Of a stretch of 64,000 nucleotides of DNA, positions 58,517 to 64,000 are shown piece after piece (position 1 is the stretch's first letter; every line of letters begins with the position of its first letter). The notes under the pieces are model-generated. The model saw only the letters and a list, made by a program, of their open reading frames with translations. It did no database searches and had not been told where the DNA came from. A program made the position numbers and the translations under genes. Location: assembly GCA_910585275.1 (NCBI GenBank), contig CAJUCW010000016.1, forward strand, positions 22,493 through 86,492, in the 5' to 3' direction. The DNA is from an uncultured Muribaculaceae bacterium (GTDB taxonomy: Bacteria > Bacteroidota > Bacteroidia > Bacteroidales > Muribaculaceae).

Positions 58517-59833
58517 ATGAGCAGATTAGTAGCAATAGTAGGGCGGCCGAACGTGGGTAAATCAACCCTGTTCAACCGTTTGACGCAGACCCGTAAGGCC
58601 ATCGTGGATGACACTGCGGGCACCACACGCGACCGCCAGTATGGCATGGTCGATTGGTGTGGTCAGGAATTCTCGATTGTCGATACCGGCGGTTGGGTGG
58701 TCAACTCGGAAGATATTTTCGAGGGAGAAATCAACAAACAGGTGCAGATTGCCATCGAAGAGGCTGATGTGATTCTCTTCGTGGTTGACGCTTCTAACGG
58801 CGTGACCGACCTCGACGACCAGGTGGCGGCCATATTGCGCCGTTCAAAGAAACCGGTTATTCTTGTAGCCAATAAGGAAGACAAGGGTGATGCGCGTTTC
58901 AACGTGCCGGAGTTTTATTCTTTGGGACTGGGCGACCCCGTTGAGGTGTCGTCGGCCAACGGCAGCGGCACGGGTGAACTTCTCGACCTTATCATAGCCG
59001 ACATGCCTGAACCCAAGGATGACGACAAGCCGGAAGACAATGTCGCCAAGTTCGCCATCGTGGGACGGCCTAATGCCGGGAAGTCGTCGCTCATAAACGC
59101 CTTTATCGGCGAAGAGCGCCATATCGTGACCGATATTGCCGGAACAACCCGCGATTCGATTTATCACCGCTACAACAAATTCGGCTTCGACTTCTATCTG
59201 GTCGATACGGCCGGCATCCGAAAGAAGCAGAAGGTGAACGAAGACATCGAATATTACAGCGTGATTCGCTCCATCCGCTCGATAGAGGCAAGCGATGTGT
59301 GTATCCTTATGATTGATGCCACGCGCGGAATCGAGGCGCAGGATGCCAATATTTTCTCCCTTATCCAAAAAAACAGGAAAGGTCTTGTGGTTTGTGTCAA
59401 CAAATGGGACCTTGTGGAAGACAAGTCGGTGACGGCGCAGAAGCATTTTGAAGATGCCATCAGGAAAAGATTCGCTCCCTTCACCGATTTCCCAATCCTC
59501 TTTACCTCCGCTTTGACGAAGCAAAGGATTTATAAGGTGCTTGAAACGGCGATAGAAGTGTATGAGAACCGCCGCAGAATTATCCCTACATCGCAGCTCA
59601 ATACTTATATGCTTGAGCAGATTGCGGTGACCCCTCCTCCGAGCAACAAGGGTAAGTTCGTGAAAATAAAATATGTCACGATGTTGAAGGACGCCGTGAT
59701 TCCTACGTTTGTATTCTTCTGCAACCTTCCGCAGTGGGTTAAGGAACCTTACCGTCGTTTTCTCGAAAATAAAATCCGTGAGAAATGGGATTTCCACGGC
59801 ACCCCCATCGCCATTTTCATGCGCGACAAGTAA
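58517..59833 (+). CDS. der: Ribosome biogenesis GTPase Der (EngA)
   Basis: Two GRPNxGKS / GTTRD GTPase domains. Confidence 0.96.
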   Translation: MSRLVAIVGRPNVGKSTLFNRLTQTRKAIVDDTAGTTRDRQYGMVDWCGQEFSIVDTGGWVVNSEDIFEGEINKQVQIAIEEADVILFVVDASNGVTDLDDQVAAILRRSKKPVILVANKEDKGDARFNVPEFYSLGLGDPVEVSSANGSGTGELLDLIIADMPEPKDDDKPEDNVAKFAIVGRPNAGKSSLINAFIGEERHIVTDIAGTTRDSIYHRYNKFGFDFYLVDTAGIRKKQKVNEDIEYYSVIRSIRSIEASDVCILMIDATRGIEAQDANIFSLIQKNRKGLVVCVNKWDLVEDKSVTAQKHFEDAIRKRFAPFTDFPILFTSALTKQRIYKVLETAIEVYENRRRIIPTSQLNTYMLEQIAVTPPPSNKGKFVKIKYVTMLKDAVIPTFVFFCNLPQWVKEPYRRFLENKIREKWDFHGTPIAIFMRDK

Positions 59834-59856
59834 TGACTCCGCGCTCTTGCGGCGCG

Positions 59857-59961
59857 GTTTAAAGGTTAGGGTTTAATGTTTAGACAATGGCGGATTTGCC
59901 GAAAGCAAAAGCCATTACTAAACATTAAACCCTAACCTTTATGCGTTAAACCCTAAACTTT
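59857..59961. repeat. Palindromic heptamer-arm element
   Basis: AAAGGTTAGGGTTTAATGTTTAG...CTAAACATTAAACCCTAACCTTT. Confidence 0.7.
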
Positions 59962-59974
59962 ATTATAGGTGGTC

Positions 59975-60850
59975 TTACAGGCTTTCGATTTCGGAAACGT
60001 CCAATCCTGAAACCTCCGCAATCATCGCCAGTTCCAGCCCTTTTTCTTTGAGTTTCTTCGCCATCACACGTGCTTCTTCTGTCCTACCTTCTGCCCTACC
60101 CTGGACTCGACCTTCTGCTCGGCCTTCTGCAATACCTTCGTTATAGGCTCCATTGTAGCAAGCGACGTTGTCACGGTATATCTTCAGTGAAGCATCGTAG
60201 TGTCTGCGCTCTTCTCTGGTAAGGGAATGGAGGTTGCAGACCTCATCAAGTTTCCCGAATATAGCATTTTTAGCCTTGAAAGGCATTCTTTCCAATGTCT
60301 CCATATGCTTCAATATATAAATCCAACGTTCAAAATCAGTTTCACACTCATCCTCTTCCTTACTCATTCGCGGAAGCGTTATATAAAACATACGCAGTTT
60401 GTCGGAAAATAGTTCATTATTTTCCTTCACTCTGAGATTGACTTCCATGTTGAGAGGAAGATCTTTTCTGTTGTCCATGAAAAAATTTAAGAAGAATACT
60501 CCATAAACCCTGCTTACGTTGAAATCCCAGTCTTTCCCTCGCTCTCCCTGCTCTGCTAAAGCCGACGCCACATAATATATGGAGCGGTCGCGGAAAAAGC
60601 TTTGGGTTGCGTTTTGCATCTCAATGATGACAAGTTCTCCATTTTGTGTGGTGGCGTAGATGTCATATATGGAGCGCCTTCCATCATAAAAATGTGGCAT
60701 GTGTTCCTTGTCGCGATATTCAATATCTACAATAGGACTTTCATTCTGAATCAGAGAATTCAGAAAATCGATAAGCAGGTCTTTGTTGATTTCTTGTCCG
60801 AATATACGTTTGAAACCCTCGTCTGTAAAAGGGTTAATGTATTTTCCCAT
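59975..60850 (-). CDS. Rpn family PD-(D/E)XK nuclease / putative transposase (PDDEXK_2)
   Basis: INPFTDEGFKRIFG, DIYA...IIEMQ, RSIYY; C-terminal AEGR repeats and ISGL-like tail. Confidence 0.9.
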   Translation of the reverse strand: MGKYINPFTDEGFKRIFGQEINKDLLIDFLNSLIQNESPIVDIEYRDKEHMPHFYDGRRSIYDIYATTQNGELVIIEMQNATQSFFRDRSIYYVASALAEQGERGKDWDFNVSRVYGVFFLNFFMDNRKDLPLNMEVNLRVKENNELFSDKLRMFYITLPRMSKEEDECETDFERWIYILKHMETLERMPFKAKNAIFGKLDEVCNLHSLTREERRHYDASLKIYRDNVACYNGAYNEGIAEGRAEGRVQGRAEGRTEEARVMAKKLKEKGLELAMIAEVSGLDVSEIESL

Positions 60851-60955
60851 GGCATGATGTCGTTATATTTCAGTTACAAAGATAGTCGAATCCATTTTAT
60901 TCTGCAAATTTTATTTCAAGGTTTGTTGAAGCCGGAATTATTTTTTTAATTTGGG

Positions 60956-61225
60956 CATTAGTGTCCACTAAATAAAATGCTGTCCGCATCCAAATCTATT
61001 GTGCCATAATTGCTTACTGCCTCGTGGCAATCGTACAGCACAATATGAGGCTGGAGCGAAGTTTCTATGAAGTACTTCAGATTCTTGGAATCTCGCAGAA
61101 TGACAAGACTCATCTGAGAGATCTCTTAGACAAATCGAATTTCAAAAATGTCACTGTTCTCTATGGTTCAAGTGAACCGAATTTATTTAATTTTTAACCA
61201 CGTCCATTTTTAGGGGACAATAGTG
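60956..61225 (+). mobile_element. Internally deleted IS4-family element (both terminal inverted repeats plus transposase C-terminus)
   Basis: TIRs CATTAGTGTCCACTAAA / TTTAGGGGACAATAGTG; 60976-61197 encodes NAVRIQIYCAIIAYCLVAIVQH...YEVLQILGIS. Confidence 0.8.
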
Positions 61226-61327
61226 AGTTAGAGTATATAAAAAGCCTCACGGAATATCATTCCGTGAAGCTTAATATCTTCCATACTTACCGCGACACCG
61301 TGCTCGGCAGTGTCTTCGGGTAGTTTT

Positions 61328-62542
61328 TTATTCTTCGATTTCAACGTCGAAGTCGTCGCCGAAGAGGTCGTCGCTGTCGTTGCCACCCTCCCTGTCTGCG
61401 CCGAAGTCGTCATCGTCTGATGCGTTTTCGTGGTCTTCCTTGTCGGTGCGTACCGAGTCTTTTGTTGGAGCGAACGGATTGATATTCTTCTTCTTCGACG
61501 CTTCCCTTTGGGCGTTGAGCGTTGCCTTGATTTTCTCTTCGAGTTCAGCGGCAAGTTCCGGATTGTCTTTAATCACTTTCTTGACTGCATCGCGTCCTTG
61601 TCCGAGCTTCGTGCCGTTGTAGGAGAACCATGCGCCGCTCTTCTTGACGATGCCGTATTCGACTGCCATATCGATAATCTCGCCGGCCTTCGAGATGCCT
61701 TCGCCGAACATCAGTTCGAATTCAGCTTTCATAAACGGAGGCGCCACTTTGTTTTTCACAACTTTCACTTTGGCGAGACGCCCGATGGTGGTATCGCCGT
61801 CTTTGATGAATGAAGAGGGGCGAATTTCAAGACGCACCGACGAATAGAATTTAAGCGCGTTGCCGCCGGTGGTGGTTTCCGGATTGCCAAACATCAAGCC
61901 GATTTTTTCGCGAATCTGGTTGATGAAGATGCAACAGGTGCGCGTGCGTGCAATAGAGCCCGTAAGCTTACGCATGGCCTGGCTCATGAGGCGGGCGTGG
62001 AGACCAACGTTCTTGTCGCCCATCTCTCCCTCTATTTCGGCCTTGGGGGTAAGAGCTGCCACGGAGTCGATGACCAACACGTCGATGGCTCCCGAATTGA
62101 TGAGCTGTTCCGCAATGTCGAGGGCCTGCTCGCCGTTGTCGGGCTGTGCTATCCAAAGGTTGTTGACGTCAACGCCAAGCTTTTCGGCATAGAAACGGTC
62201 GAAAGCATGCTCCGCATCGACTATGGCACATATGCCTCCCTGCTTCTGTGCTTCCGCAATCACATGGATTGCAAGCGTGGTCTTACCGGAAGATTCCGGG
62301 CCATAGATTTCGGTAATCCTTCCTCTGGGGAGGCCGCCGACTCCAAGAGCGAAGTCAAGCCCTATGGAGCCGGTGGAGATTGTCTCCACATCCTGCACGG
62401 CATCGTCGCCGAGACGCATCACGGTGCCGGTGCCGAAGTCTTTTTCCAGGTGTTGCATTGCCATCTGGAGGGCTTTCTTCTTCTCCTCCATGTCGCTGAT
62501 GCGTCCCACGCTCTGTGCCGGAGCTGCTTTTTTCTTTGCCAT
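61328..62542 (-). CDS. recA: Recombinase A with long acidic C-terminal tail
   Basis: [28 protein letters not shown] and GGNALKFY motifs. Confidence 0.97.
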   Translation of the reverse strand: MAKKKAAPAQSVGRISDMEEKKKALQMAMQHLEKDFGTGTVMRLGDDAVQDVETISTGSIGLDFALGVGGLPRGRITEIYGPESSGKTTLAIHVIAEAQKQGGICAIVDAEHAFDRFYAEKLGVDVNNLWIAQPDNGEQALDIAEQLINSGAIDVLVIDSVAALTPKAEIEGEMGDKNVGLHARLMSQAMRKLTGSIARTRTCCIFINQIREKIGLMFGNPETTTGGNALKFYSSVRLEIRPSSFIKDGDTTIGRLAKVKVVKNKVAPPFMKAEFELMFGEGISKAGEIIDMAVEYGIVKKSGAWFSYNGTKLGQGRDAVKKVIKDNPELAAELEEKIKATLNAQREASKKKNINPFAPTKDSVRTDKEDHENASDDDDFGADREGGNDSDDLFGDDFDVEIEE

Positions 62543-62831
62543 ATAGTATATATTTTTTAGTTTTTTTATTCCGGTTGTATCAACCTGTAAGGTTTCATAT
62601 TGCAAAGGTAATACTTTAAAAGGCTAATGTCATAATTTTTCAGCCTTTAAATTAGGTGGATGTGGATTAAATAATCTTAACAAAAGATATGCGGCTGCAA
62701 TGTTTTTGCAGCCGATGGCTCGGTTGAAATGCAATTAAAAATGGCTAACGTGTTTTAAATCATGAATGATAATGCCGAATTTTTTGTAACTTTGCAACTC
62801 TTTAAATGGAATTGCAAAATATAGGATTATA

Positions 62832-64000
62832 ATGAAGCCAGAGATATCGCAGCGCGGCTATGAGATGCCGTCGTCGCCAATTCGCAAGCTTGTGGGAGCC
62901 GCAAGAGGCGCGGAGCGCAAGGGAAGAAGGGTGTTCCGCCTGAATATCGGGCAGCCCGATGTGCCCACGCCCCCGCAGGCAATCGAGGCTCTCCGCCACA
63001 TAGACCGCAAGGTGCTCGAGTATTCCCCATCTGAGGGTATCGAATCGTTGCGTTGCAAGATGTCGGAGTATTACGGACGTTTCGGGATGGAGATTGCTCC
63101 CGATGAAATAATAGTCACCTCCGGAGGGTCGGAGGCGGTTCTTTTCGCGTTCATGGCATGTCTTGACCCGGGCGACGAAATTATAATTCCCGAACCCGCC
63201 TATGCCAACTATATGGCTTTTGCGATATCTGCCGGCGCGGTTATCAAGAGCGTCAACGCCAAGATTGACGACGGTTTCCGTCTCCCTCCGGTGGAAGACT
63301 TCGAAGCGCTCATCACCCCCCGCACCAAGGGGATTCTGATTTGTAACCCCAACAATCCTACGGGCTACATATATTCCGAGGAAGAATTGCTGAAGATAGC
63401 CGATATTGTGCGCCGCCACAATCTTTTCCTTTTCTCCGATGAGGTGTATCGCGAATTCTGCTATACCGACAAGCCCTTTATCTCTGCCATGTCGCTTCCC
63501 GGCATCGAAGAGAATGTGGTGCTTATAGATTCCGTGTCGAAGCGTTATAACGAATGCGGCATAAGAATCGGCGCTATCGTTACGCGCCATAAGGAACTCC
63601 GAGCCAACGTCATGAAGTTCTGTCAGGCGCGCCTTAGCCCTCCCCTTCTCGGTCAGATTGTGGCTGAAGCATCCATCTCCACTCCGGAAGAGTATATGAA
63701 ATTCGTATATGACGAATATTTGAAGCGCCGCGACTTCCTCATCAAAAGGCTTAACGCAATCCCGGGGGTATATAGTCCTATGCCGATGGGGGCGTTCTAC
63801 ACGGTTGCATCGCTTCCGGTGGAAGATGCCGACGATTTCTGCAGATGGTGTCTCGACGAATTCCAGCTTGACGGCGACACCGTCTTCATGGCACCCGCAT
63901 CCGGTTTCTATACTTCTCCCGGCGCAGGCCGCAACCAGGTGCGTCTGGCATACGTGCATGAGGTGGATTATCTGGCCCGCGCCATGGATGTGCTTGAAGC
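62832..64000 (+). CDS. PLP-dependent aminotransferase class I/II (runs off the window end)
   Basis: MKPEISQRG..MPSSPIRKL, LNIGQPD, CNPNNPTG, SDEVYREF and DSVSKR motifs; absent from the ORF track because no stop lies in the window. Confidence 0.9.
   Translation, partial: MKPEISQRGYEMPSSPIRKLVGAARGAERKGRRVFRLNIGQPDVPTPPQAIEALRHIDRKVLEYSPSEGIESLRCKMSEYYGRFGMEIAPDEIIVTSGGSEAVLFAFMACLDPGDEIIIPEPAYANYMAFAISAGAVIKSVNAKIDDGFRLPPVEDFEALITPRTKGILICNPNNPTGYIYSEEELLKIADIVRRHNLFLFSDEVYREFCYTDKPFISAMSLPGIEENVVLIDSVSKRYNECGIRIGAIVTRHKELRANVMKFCQARLSPPLLGQIVAEASISTPEEYMKFVYDEYLKRRDFLIKRLNAIPGVYSPMPMGAFYTVASLPVEDADDFCRWCLDEFQLDGDTVFMAPASGFYTSPGAGRNQVRLAYVHEVDYLARAMDVLE

Noticed and set aside
62802..63959. 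385-aa minus-strand ORF
   Set aside because: The real gene is the plus-strand aminotransferase that runs off the window.

Overview
Chromosomal window from a Bacteroidales bacterium (probably Muribaculaceae-like). This is inferred from gene content, TAnnTTTG-type promoters and T9SS-like C-terminal tails. It holds housekeeping genes (nadA, a 2-oxoacid:ferredoxin oxidoreductase operon, ruvB, gdhA, ychF, tRNA-Arg-yceD-rpmF-fabH, era-der, recA) and GH51 arabinofuranosidase genes. A pectin/galactan CAZyme cluster without susC/D (GH2, tandem PL9 with one copy broken, CE6-CE4 fusion, GH53) sits around a kinase-less HTCS-like AraC regulator. Two BspA-like LRR surface proteins are also present. The most notable features are: (1) a probable replication origin next to nadA (~11.8-12.25 kb) with TTATCTACA-type boxes; (2) an all-minus-strand defence island (~36.9-42.55 kb) of an orphan protein, a GmrSD-like DUF262/DUF1524 protein, a small unknown protein and an RloA/RloB pair, where the pair is bracketed by 120-bp direct repeats whose palindromic core is flipped between copies; (3) a ~300-nt highly structured leader RNA heading that island, with two mutually exclusive folds. 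Several REP-like repeat families and a miniature IS4 derivative are scattered through the window. All family calls come from motif recognition by eye; no searches were run.
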